Position numbers and translations under genes: made by a program. A DNA stretch of 62,927 bases, counting the filler, from Licmophora abbreviata (Eukaryota), in NCBI GenBank assembly GCA_900291995.1. It is 10 parts of 10 records of this genome, joined end to end, with 100 filler letters (N's around TTAATTAATTAA, not from the genome) between each part and the next. Parts side by side here need not be neighbours in the genome. Positions count along the whole stretch, not along the records: positions 11,199 to 13,010 come from OLMU01000433.1; positions 13,111 to 14,957 come from OLMU01000434.1; positions 15,058 to 38,730 come from OLMU01000435.1; 7 more parts are not named here. The stretch is one strand, 5' to 3'. The stretch's first letter is position 1. Each line of letters opens with the position of its first letter. Positions 11,392 through 25,058 of this stretch are shown here, piece after piece. The notes below the pieces were generated by a model. The model ran no database searches. It was not told the origin of the DNA and saw only the letters and a list, made by a program, of their open reading frames with translations.

Positions 11392-11809
11392 CTAGAGGTA
11401 AATCTCGCACAGACCACCGACTACTCCGTCGGTAGTGGTAGCAGTAGTGCATATATGCTCATGTTCTCGTCATCTTCGTCTTGCTGTGTTGCAGTCGGCA
11501 ACAGTTTCTTCTCATATTTGCCAATGAAAAGTCGTACAACACCACTGCTTTCTTGAGAAAGAGCTGGAGCGAGTCCTTATACGTGTTGAGATTCGGTCGC
11601 TTCTTCCTGATTTCCTTGCTCATCCGACTGCGCAGTTCACTGATACGCGAGTAGAAGCAGTGACGCCAGAGTCGACTGAAGACATCGTGTCGGTAGGCGT
11701 ACCGAGGATACGTCAAAATGACATCGCTCAAGACTTCGCACAGCTGCATGCGGAGTCGCGATGAGACAGTGTTTCCATGAACAGATCGATTTTCATTAGC
11801 ATCCGACAC
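11392..11809 (-). pseudogene. EST1/SMG5-6-7-like (14-3-3/TPR) N-terminal domain fragment, frameshifted and truncated
   Basis: LCEVLSDVIL...RLWRHCFYSRISELR...LQLFLKKAVVLYDF resembles the EST1 domain. It continues only through frame changes (FIGKYEKKLLP...; DGVVGGLCEIYL*). No clear ATG or upstream exon. Confidence 0.5.
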
Positions 11810-13010
11810 GTTACAAGCTCACGAACATATCAAAATAAGGTCATAATAAGTATGATACGAGGTATCATACTAGCTCCATCCCCTCTGAATTTGTGATCCC
11901 CGTGAAATTCAAATTTGGCTGTAGAATCTGATACAAAATCTACCTTCTGACATTTGTTTTTTACGAGCTCGTAAACCTCGCCCCACCACGCGCTTTTCCC
12001 TTGCTTTCCCGCATTTTTCGCTTGCGCGATCACTGCAGCGGTGTTCGGCCCATGGCACAATGAAAAGGCCCGTCCTTCGGCACCAGTCCATGTATCCCCA
12101 ACATTATACCAACAGTTCGTGTTGGAATCATCCCCTGTAACATCGGTGTAAAAGCTTGCGTCGAAAAATATCACGAAGAGAAGAAAAGCTGTCATCCTTG
12201 GAACACATCACCAACATGGATTCTGCTGGCCAATGGAGACGTGGCGGCATTGGCTCGAATGCGGTTCTGTTCAAGACTTTGCGCTGTCGCTGGCATACCT
12301 GATGGTCGGAAATATTGTCAGGAATAGTGTCTGTCGATGCTTCGTGGGTTTGAGGCCGGGTGGACGATCCAGAGCGGCAAACGTGAGAGCGAGCAGAAGG
12401 CGGCCTTGGACGGCGCTCTATTTCTCTGTCGGCGACAGGGTTATTTCCATCAGAGATGCACCATTTTTGAGCGCAGGATGATCAGAGAGGGTTTCCTGAT
12501 GTAAGAACGGTACCTTATGAGCAATCTGCGGTGATATTTCACATTTCATGGGTGCTATGAAGCATATTCGGCTGTTGGGCGGTGTTCTTGATCTGGTCAA
12601 CGACGTGACGACGCTTTAGGCGGCCAGTATTTTCGGGGATTTGCGTCAGAATTTGCAGACAACAACCCACCAGCACAGTTTATAGCGTAGTAGCTAATAA
12701 AAGACTCATTGTTTGCTGTTCTATATTCTTTTTCTAGGGCACTCTGCTCGTTTTTCGTTCGCCATGGTCCTTCGCCACCCTGATACATTGCGTCCCATCA
12801 CGTGAAAAAGGTCCGAGTTTGCACTGTCAGAAAAAATGACCACGCATTGCCTGTTCGAAATTCTGGTATTCACATGCATTGGAGAAGTACTGTAGAAGAT
12901 GCTACTGGAAGAATTCAATCAATACAGTTGCAAAAGTCGGTGTAAGAGGCGCCATTGTCATTTCGCCGGAAGTGGCATAATCTCTTGCATTTGTCGACAT
13001 GCATTTCGAA

Positions 13011-13110
13011 NNNNNNNNNNNNNNNNNNNNNNNNNNNNNNNNNNNNNNNNNNNNTTAATTAATTAANNNNNNNNNNNNNNNNNNNNNNNNNNNNNNNNNN
13101 NNNNNNNNNN
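13011..13110. other. Artificial contig spacer
   Basis: N44-TTAATTAATTAA-N44. Confidence 0.97.
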
Positions 13111-13979
13111 CAAAAGACAAATTGTACAAAAGTATTGGCGGGAGGCTAAGAGAACAGGTGACGGCGTACATGGAGCAGCCAACGTCTGCCTTTGATCGGA
13201 TTGCGCAGCGACAGCCGCTTGACGAGACCGCCATGCGGGCGGCCTTTACGCTGCGGGAGGGCAAGAAGCATGAACAGCAGGCACTCCTGAACGCAACTCT
13301 CGCAGCTCAAAGTCATCCGGATGATTCTGTCCGAAAGCGGCGATTGGAAGAAATCACTTTGGGACTGCAGAACATTAAAAAGCCCAAGGCACAGAAAGGA
13401 AGTAGTACCAGAACGAATCTGTCTGCTGGTGGGGGTGCCGATGCCATGTCGCTCGCCGAGAAAGAACGTGACAATGCACGTATTGCTGAAATGGAACGCG
13501 ATCGACTGAGACAGCAAATAGCACGGGAAGCGGCACGACGACGTCAAGAGGAAGAAGAACGCCGTGCTAGGGAGGAAGAACAAGTACGACGACGCATGAT
13601 GGAGTCTCCGAAACTCGCGCTGCAAGGAATCTACCAACCAATCTTTCAAGCTCTCTGGGACATGGAGTTCGGAAATTTGGGAGGGACGAATCCGTTTCGT
13701 ATCGTGATTGATCGCGAAAACTGTGCTGCGATGGGTGCCGCGGATTACTTTGACGTGATTCAAACACCAATGAATCTCACTTTTATTCAAGATAAAGTTC
13801 AGAATGCAAGCTACGAGACTCTGCAGCAATTCTTTACCGACGTCGATCTCATGCTTCAGAACTCGCTCTTGTACAATTCGGATCCTAACAATGATTTCCA
13901 CATTGCAGCGAGAGAGATGCAACGAAAGTACAAGAAAATTGCCAAAAGGGTTGTATCGGATCTACAGCGAACACGGTAA
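13111..13979 (+). CDS. Bromodomain protein, 3' part (5' end lost in the gap)
   Basis: NPF...DYFDVIQTPMNL...FFTDVDLMLQNSLLYNS bromodomain signature following a coiled coil. Confidence 0.85.
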
Positions 13980-14060
13980 ACAGTGTTACTATTGAATCAT
14001 CTGTCGTTTGTCTGTTCATGCCTACGCAGTTTTAGGGTAGATACAAAATTAGAATTCTGG

Positions 14061-15443
14061 CTAGCAACGCAGGGCATCCTTGGGAGCCGCACCCAAGCCG
14101 CGACTTGACCCTTTCACAGAATCGGCAACGCCATGCACTTTCCACTCTTCGGTACTGGGTCGCACTTCCAAACGGCCACTCGGCCAGAACCCAAGGTACT
14201 GAAGCGTCCGGTCCATGTTCAACGGACTATTGATAGGCGTGACTGGGAAATGGTTCAGATCTACCAAGCACCAATCCCTCGACAGAATTCTTTCAGGCAT
14301 GATCGAACCGTTGCTGCCTATCCAGTTGACCACGTCGCGCAGAATATCGTCGCCGTCAAATTTTCGTCGTATCGTTTCATCTCCAATCACGACGTTCATG
14401 AGCGCCCCTCGCCCAGATGATTCGGAGGGACACTTGGCAGCATATTCGGCTCGTAGCTTGATTTCTGCGGGATCCGCGTCTCCTCGTTGACGAATACCTT
14501 TGATCTCTTTCGAAAACTCCATTTTCCGCTTGCCCTCTTTGTATTCGATTGTCTCTTTGACTCCCTCCAGCGCTGAAATACCCAGATACAGTAAAGCAGG
14601 ATCGACAAGATGACGTTCTAGCACCAGCGTTCGATTTCCGTGCTGAGAAAAGTTCATGGTCAAGAGCAGTGCCTCGGCTCCCGGCACGCCGTCAAGAGTC
14701 CTTTGGTAGCCAGCTGTTTTCTGATCAACCTTGCGAAATTTGACATTAGATGGATCGTCCTGTAAACGCTTTAACGCCTTGTACAGTGTGTCGACCGCAG
14801 CGGGGTACGGCTTGAGTCGATTGGCATTGCGAAGGACCTGCTCTTCTTTGCTCTTGTCTTGCAGCTTGGCCGGTATCTTGACTGCGGGATGTTTGTTCGA
14901 AAAAGGTTCTTTTTTGTTCGTGACGGTACGATTGGTATCACTGCGGAGAGTCGCAGCNNNNNNNNNNNNNNNNNNNNNNNNNNNNNNNNNNNNNNNNNNN
15001 NTTAATTAATTAANNNNNNNNNNNNNNNNNNNNNNNNNNNNNNNNNNNNNNNNNNNNGTCGCAGCGGTGCCAGCACGCGACGCAGCTGCCGTCGTTGGTT
15101 GGGTGCGGGTCGTTTTCTGTTGCCGCTGCTGCATGGACGCCTCTTTTGCCTGTCGATAGATGCGCTCTTCTTCTGCTTGTAGACTTTCCTGCATGGCATT
15201 CTGGAGCATCTGATCCGTTCGACCAGGCGATGGTTGCGTGACGGGGTGAGAGGTAGTAAAATTCTGCGCCGACGATGCCAACAAGAGCTCGGCAGCCCGG
15301 TCGACGTCTCCGTCGGTGACTTGCAGTGCATGTCGTGCTTGCGCCGTGTCAAATCCCATGGTTCGTAGCATCTCAACCTTTTCGTCACTTCTAGAAGTTC
15401 CGCCCATCGCTGATCCGACCCGATCCGCCAATCTGCGAAACAT
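14061..15443 (-). CDS. UBA-UIM-PUB-UBX-like p97/Cdc48 cofactor, spanning the gap
   Basis: UBA: LRTMGFDTAQARHALQVTDGDVDRAAELL. UIM-like: LQNAMQESL. PUB: DPSNVKFRKV...PGAEALLLTMNF. Ubiquitin-like C-terminus: RRKF...TLQYLGFWPSGRL. Confidence 0.72.
14958..15057. other. Artificial contig spacer
   Basis: N44-TTAATTAATTAA-N44. Confidence 0.97.
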
Positions 15444-15813
15444 ATTGTGAGAGTAAATGAGTGAGCTTGTTGGCTCCTGCTGTGTGCTTCTATTATAATC
15501 ATGACAACGGCGTCGAGCGGTGATGAGCCGCGAAGTTCGTCGGTCATCGTCGGCGCCCGTAGAGGATCTCTGATGCGAGCTCGAAGAGCTCGCAGAGTGA
15601 ATTAACAAGGAATTTGGAAGACAGAAGTCGGACATCTACAACCGAGAATTGAAATGTAAGTGTTGTTCTGTACGAATGAAGACAGTGTTCCCTGTTCTCT
15701 CAGCGCAAGTCGATCACAAAATCGAGCGTTCTTCTAGATCATCTCCCAAAAGAACAAAAGAACAAGACTATATACACAAACAAAATTGGTATGAACCACA
15801 GCATGACCTCTCT

Positions 15814-16239
15814 ATGATGAAGCGTTCGCTGACATGCACAGATCTAGTCTCGATGACGACGGTATCACCTGAAGAGAAGGTGGCCTCGAGGCCTCCTCGA
15901 ACGAGACATGTTCATTCGGAGAGTGTGGGGGCTTCTGCCACGACGTCAAGCGTCATTTGCGAACGCCCATGTCAAAGCAGGAATCGCAACGAGAATGAAT
16001 GGAGCCAACCAGCTAGTGATTTCCTTGAGGAAGTTCGGATCTTGACTGCATCGGAACGTCATCCGGCTACGGATGCTCTCGAGCGCCTTCTGAGAACAAG
16101 TTCGAGTTTCGGGGACGCCTCAAGCTACGAACACCTCGCATGGGACCATTGGGGCGTAGCAATACCAGTACAATTAAGGAATTTACAAGAACGAGGGGAG
16201 GTCCCAGCACCACTTTTTGGTGACTCAAGCGTTTTCTAG
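15814..16239 (+). CDS. Hypothetical protein (about 141 aa)
   Basis: ORF filling the space between two genes, preceded by an A-rich leader; no family recognised. Confidence 0.4.
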   Translation: MMKRSLTCTDLVSMTTVSPEEKVASRPPRTRHVHSESVGASATTSSVICERPCQSRNRNENEWSQPASDFLEEVRILTASERHPATDALERLLRTSSSFGDASSYEHLAWDHWGVAIPVQLRNLQERGEVPAPLFGDSSVF

Positions 16240-16346
16240 ATGTAGTAGTTTTTGAACCTTTTTGCAAATAACAAACAACTTGAGAACTGCTCCCTTGTTC
16301 CTTTCGCACTCGATGTCGATCCCCTCGATTTTCAATCTTGTTGTCC

Positions 16347-18709
<2,363 letters not shown>

Positions 18710-19049
18710 TGTCGGAATGATCTCATCGAAAGATGAGAACGGCACACCGGGCTGGCCAGCGCGCGTGGGATTGTTTGAACTTTACAAAAGTAGAGCTCGA
18801 GGTTCCTTGCGGTATTTTGCGCTGCCCACGAGCTCTAAGCGATTCAGTCAATTGATTTACTTGACTGACAGTTTTGGCGCCAAAATCAAAAAGTTTTGCC
18901 ACAGCAAAACTCCGTCAAGTTTCAAGAAGAAAAAGCATTACAACGCAGTTGGCGTCAAAGAGGAAGAAACGGAATCATATTGCAAGGGTGGAAGCGACAA
19001 CGATGATTGTTTCACTTCTTCTATCCTATTGAATGCTCCGATAGCCCTC

Positions 19050-20720
19050 ATGAGCAGCAATTTGGACGACTCGGATGAAAGAAGCCGACACGGTGATGGT
19101 GGTACGACTACGGCGCCGCTGGGCACAACTTCGTCCAACATCAGCAGCCTGTTCCACAAGCCCGCAGCGCACCCACAATACTATCGAGCGTCGCCGCTGC
19201 ACGAGAGATTGACCGAGTCGCATCCAATGCTCGTACCATTGGTTCAACGTAATAACGAAGAAGACTACCATTCTGTGCAGCAGGAACCGTCAGGAGCTGG
19301 ATTAGGCCAGAAGAAGCGATCCGGCAAAGAACTATGGGGCGTTCTGCGAGGCCATATCGAGCATGAGGAGTTTCAGATCAACAATCTGGAGACGAAAAAT
19401 CACAACACCGAATCCTCAGATAAACAGGAGCTCGACATGCCCTATGACTTCACATTGCGAGAGTGCGCACTAGCATTAGCGCTCTATCTCGGTATTGCTG
19501 TGGCGGCGTTTTCCTTTGGTTTTGAGAACTGGAAAGTCTCTGATAGCATGTACTTCGCGTGTGTCACATTTACAACAATCGGATACGGTGACTTGACTCC
19601 AACATCCAAGGCTGGCAAACTATTTACCGCTGTGTTCGCGTTGGCGGGAATTGCCGTCTTGAGTATTGCCTTGGGTGTTGTGGGAAGCAAGATTATCGAG
19701 TCCGAGGCCAGAGCTGTCGAGAAGGCGGAGAAGGAGATAGTCAGGGATATACTTCACGTCTTTGAACGGAAAAATAGCACAGTTGGAGGTGGGAAGCGAA
19801 GGAAGAGCCAATTTGTGAAACGCCTCGAGTCGTGGGCAGAAGATAACGGCGACGAATCAACATCCTCCATGGACGAGGATGAGGGCGCTATTGATGCAGA
19901 AGGAACGTTCCTGTGGCTACGCGAGGTTATGGCTTGGACAGAACTCGTATGTCAGTTTCTGTTCCGCTATTTACCGGCGCTCCTTCCTCTATTTCTCGCG
20001 GCGTACTTTATTGCCCATCATGAGGGTTGGACGTGGTACGACAGTATCTACTACTGTGTTGTTACCGCGACGACCATCGGTAAGGAATCATTCTGATCTA
20101 AAGGCATTGCGTTCCAACTAGCATAAATCACACCTCACCTTTGCCGACTGATCCAATCACACAACTGTAGGATACGGCGACATGTCTCCTGACAGCGATG
20201 CCATGCGATGGTTTGCTATTGTGTACATACCTCTCTCTGTCGGAGCTATGGGACATTTTCTCGGAACGATTGCAAACATGATCATCGAAAGGAGGCGAAT
20301 GGTTTCACAAAAGCAATTGTGGAAGCTCGACCTCAAAATGGGCGACTTGGCCGCAATGGATGCAAATAGCGACGGTGTGGTGACGGAGCTCGAGTTTGTC
20401 GAATTTATGCTGTTGACGATGCGAAAAGTCGACAAGGAGACGTTGGACCACATTCACTCCCAATTCCAAAAGCTGGACCTCACGAATAGTGGGACGCTGG
20501 TGCGACAGGACCTCGAGCTCATGGCGAAAAAACGGCTGCATCGAATAGATCAGAAATTGAAGCTTTCTGCCTATAAGGTATGTCTTTGCTAGCCATGACA
20601 TGTTTGTCGCCTATGCTGTCACGCAAAACTGACCGTGTCGTTTCTCACCTGCTCCGGTAGACGAAGCTGCTTCGACAGTCGTCCGGCGTGTCCGATGACT
20701 CCTCTAATCGGGATGTGTAG
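19050..20720 (+). CDS. Two-pore-domain K+ channel (TPK/K2P type) with C-terminal EF hands; introns 20080-20170, 20578-20660
   Basis: Two pore loops TTIGYGD (the second split by an intron), 4 TM helices, EF hands DANSDGVVTELE and DLTNSGTLVRQD. Confidence 0.9.
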
Positions 20721-20814
20721 CAACAATGGAATGAACTGTAACTGTTCAGAGTTAGCGTTACTTTTATTCCCCTAGAGACGCAAAAGCCGATGCCCCCACT
20801 TATCCACTCCAGTC

Positions 20815-22206
20815 TCAACGTTTCACATAGTAAGTGACGGCCTTACCGTCCACATCCTCCGTTGCGGTTCGACAGAAACTCGAAAGTAGGTCGGCAATGG
20901 ATGCCCCCTGCACAACGCGTGACATGAATGGAGCAATCTCATCCTCTGTCCACGACTCTCGCTCTTGAAATAATTGCTCCAGCCGCTCTTGCGGGTCCAG
21001 TGGTAGTTTGCTTCGGGGAGGTACTTCCACTCGTCAACGCTGTGTTTCGTGGTCGTAATGGCAATACCCGCAAGCAGATCCATGGAAACTTGGTATGAGG
21101 TGCCGACGCCTGGAGTTTGGCTTTGCCACTTTTCGAGGAAGGGTGCCTTCTGAAAGGGCATCGGCAGGCTAATTAGGAGTCGGCGCGCGGCGCAAGCTGC
21201 AATCTGAACGAGCATATACAAGACAGCAACATGTGAGATATCCCATACCAACAGTACTAGTTGTCACTCACATGGCACCACGCCAGACATTGCCCTCTCG
21301 TACCTTTGAAAAATTAAGCCGAGCCGTCACGACACCATGAAAGTCGGGAATCAGCTCCTCCACTGCAAGCGACTCGAGCGTATGTCGCAAGACTTGCTTC
21401 AAGTACACGTACCGTTCCGTCGAGGGCACACGCGTCACGCCCTCCTGGACACAGAGATCCATATCGACACCTTTTCCAGCATAGTCACTAAAGTCGTCAC
21501 ATTCCAACAAGGTCGCCACAATCGCCGATGTGGCCTCCTGTAAGGCTTCCTCTGATAAGAGGCCATAGTAGGGGAGAGTCCCATCCGAACGTGTAAGTTT
21601 CAGTGCTTGAAGTTTCGGTAACGCATCCATAACTTCCTTTTCCGAAGCCTGAAGTTCCATGGCCAGACTGGAGAGTGATCGTCCTCGCCACGCATCTGCA
21701 CCCCCTTGCTGGTATGGATCCAGAACATGTTCGAAAAGAAGTTGGTGTAAGTCTTTTACGGACAGTGTGCGCTTCCGCAGTTCCAAAAAAGACGCCCCTG
21801 ATCCACCATCGGGCTGCAAAAGACGCGCGGAGACTGGCTGTAGAACCGTTCCATCGCGAGTGACTTTCGTCTTCTTGCGGGGCGGCGGTGCTTCCGAGGA
21901 TGATTCATCTTTGAGATTTTCCGGTGGTATCATGACGAGCGCATTTGACGTTTCGACGCGGCTCATATCAAAGGAGACTCCCTTCTCTTCCAGTATCAAA
22001 CAGGCTGGGTGGGACGAACTTGGCGCCACGATGCGTGCAGAGTTAAGGTCTGCTGCGGACAAGGACGGGGGCAGCTGCATCATGAGGAGCGACGAGCTGT
22101 CGTCGGCATCACTTTTCTTGCTAGGTTTGTTGCTGTTGTTCGACACGGACTTGAGATCGTCTCGTGCGAGTGTAAGGAGCGACACAGCATCCTTTTTCAA
22201 AGACAT
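20815..22206 (-). CDS. DCC1: Sister chromatid cohesion protein DCC1 (Ctf18-RFC subunit); intron 21204-21303; apparent frameshift at about 21008
   Basis: LLMMQLP, VETSNALVMI, ELQASEKE, LP.DPQERLEQLFQERESWTEDEIAPF. Confidence 0.78.
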
Positions 22207-22602
22207 TGCGATGCGTGACGAGATTGTAAATGTAGTGTATCAAGGACTAGCAAAGGGTTTCATTTAGCAGCCGGTTCGAGCAATGCCATGGGCAAACTTG
22301 CCGCGCGATTCGAAATCTCGGGTCAAAAGTCTGAGCGCCGGACGCGCCTGTCCTGCTTTTGATAAACATGCTACGATGCTGTGGATTGAATAAATGAGGC
22401 GGAATCAGGAGTTTACATCGGACCGCATCAAAGAAACTATGACAGCCATCCTCCTCCCTCCTCACTTTCTGCACATAATGTCACATGAAGACGACGACGC
22501 CGGTCTCTGTCACCGTCTTCTGTACCTACGCTTGGTCTGTTCCCAGCATACTCCCGTCGTTCTCCTTTGTGTTTGTAAGAGAGCCATCTGTAGCTGAAAA
22601 AC

Positions 22603-24998
22603 ATGGGCGATCCATCTTCTTTAGAAGACGAACTTCAAGTGCCTCAAGATGCGACTCTGGCGAATACCGACGCACACCATCCGTGGTCGTTGCTCCACAC
22701 AAGCGGTGCCATTCCAATTTCCATCAAGACTTCCCTTCGATCCAATAAAGAGCATTCACCACCAAGATGTCTGCTAGTCGGTCGACAGGCATCCACCGCC
22801 GACATTCGCATCCAGCATGGGAGTATCAGTCGCAAGCACGCTCTGCTATTTCTTCAAACAATCAAAGCGAACTCGTCTTGCAAGAGCTGGGTGGGAAACA
22901 TGGCGTCCATGTGAATGGAGTTCGCATAAGTGGGAGTGTTGTACTGCAGGAGGGCGACAAGATCATCTTTGGGAGTGTCCGGGACAATGAATTTACAGTG
23001 CACGCAGAACGTAGTGGCATGTCTCCATCTAGTGCTAGTAGTGATCCTTTGCAAACGGCAGATGTTGTGAACGTACCAAGGGAATCAGAGACTGTGCCGC
23101 AAACTCCAAAAGTTCAAGAGATTGGAGAAGGACTGACGGGAAGAGCGAAACGTGAAGCAGAGATTGCAGCCATGATGGCATCGCTGGACGATACTCCTGC
23201 ATACGAGACTTTTATCCCAGTCGTCAAACAGGAGGAGACAACACAACCTCTGTCGGCCACCGAATCGTTGATTGAAAAGTACAAGTTACCGGTCACGGAA
23301 CGATTGCATCTATCGCATGGAGAGGACGATGATGGTCGGAAACACGCATTGACCTGCTTTGCGGTGGATCGGGCGGGATCACGTTTCGTCGCGGGAGGGA
23401 CCGATACATATTTACGCATGTACGACTTTGCAGGAATGGATCAACACAGGACAGGACCGTTTAAGACTCTGCAGATTGAGGATGGACATGTACTTGTTGA
23501 TGTATGCTACAGTAATACAGGCGATCGCCTCTTGGTCGCAACAGGTGGTGTCCAGCCGAAGGTGCTCGATCGGGATGGCAACGAAATGTACGTGACTGTG
23601 TATATTCGTTCCAGTATCGACGATCCGCTTCTGTTCTTATGCTGACCGCCCTTTTACCATTGTTAATTTATATCTTCCCAGAATAAAGTTTGTTCGAGGC
23701 GACATGTACGTCATTGATCCTGCTCGGACTTCTGGTCACACCGCGTCGGTAACCGGTGTCAGTTGGAATCCCTTAGAGCGAGACATTGTCGCAACGTCAA
23801 GTCTGGATGGGAGCGCTCGCATATGGAATTTGAACGGGAAAACACAGTTTCACCAGCTCGTTTGTGACAAAGTTTATCGTGGCAAGAATGCGAAAGGACA
23901 GAAGGTCGGCGTGACGGCGGTGGCCTTTCATCCTGGAGGACGGGAGTTGGCGTTTGGAACTGCATGTGGGAGCATACAAATCTGGAATGCCACCAAGATC
24001 GGTGCTCGACCTGAACGTGCGACATTTTACTCGCATGGCGAGGGACGACCTGTGAACTGTTTGGTTTACAATGTTGATGGATCGCACATTGCAAGTCGAA
24101 GTGTGGAAGACGATACCGTTCGAGTTTGGGACGCAAGAAGATTGAGCCGGTCCGCTACTCCAATTGTGACATGCTCTGGACTACCATCTGCTCATGAGAA
24201 TTCTAGCTGCTCCTTTAGTCATGACGGGCGCTTACTATGTGCTGGTACATCAGAGTTTGGAGAGCTACAAGAAGGGGCTCGAAAGGAACGAGGATGCTTG
24301 AAGTTCTACGCTATCCCACAAAAGAGGAAAGACGCAGCGTTGCCGCCCCTACTAGAGTTGCTAGTTGCGTCAGACGTAGGGGCCGTACACGTCGTGTGGC
24401 ATTCAAAACTAAACCAAGTTCTTGTTGGTTGCTCAGATGGAAGGTAAGCAAGGGCCAGTGATTGGCGCTGCTACACAACGAGCGGATGTGAGCTCACGAT
24501 CATCGCACTCTCGCTCTTCGCTATTCTAGTGTCCGCATCTTTTATGATCAAGTGCTTAGTACAAAGGGCGCACTGTTAATTTCTACTAAATCGGGTCGTC
24601 CGGTGGACGAACTTTCCCAGTTGTTGGCATCTCGCGCACCAAAAGGTTACACACAAGTTACTGGTGACATTCTGACGCCAAACGCACTGCCGTTGTTTCG
24701 TGGGGAGAAGGAGACCAAACGGAAAAGGGGCAGAGATCAAGAGGATCCTGCTAAGAGTCGACGTCCAGAACCGCCAGCTACAGGGATGAAGACCGGAAGT
24801 CAATCTGGCGCAGCACTCAATTTTACACAGTTTGTCTCCGACTCGATCGCCAAGACAAAGAATATTGCTGGCAAAGATCCCCGTGAAGAACTTTTCCGGT
24901 ATTCAGAGGGCAAGACCTACGTTACGCAGGCTTACGAAGGCGACGAAAGAGTGCTGGCCGACAAGACGCTAGAGGAGGAAGAAGACGAGAAAAAGTAG
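22603..24998 (+). CDS. WDR70: FHA-domain + WDR70/GAD-1-like WD40 protein; introns 23588-23681, 24444-24529; apparent frameshift at about 22850
   Basis: FHA: LVGR...HGSISRKHA...HGVHVNG...GDKIIFG. WDR70: YDFAGMD, KFVRGDMY...TSGHT, ILTPNALPLF, KSRRPEPP, DPREEL. Confidence 0.82.
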
Positions 24999-25058
24999 AA
25001 CATAATAGAATAAGCTCTACATCTTATACAATTCCAACTCCAAAAGCCCAGGGAACAT

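Noticed and set aside
13146..13922. 258-aa antisense ORF, and similar ones at 2361-2966, 21659-22267, 54010-54699 and 58052-58645
   Set aside because: Shadow frames opposite well-supported genes, with no motifs.
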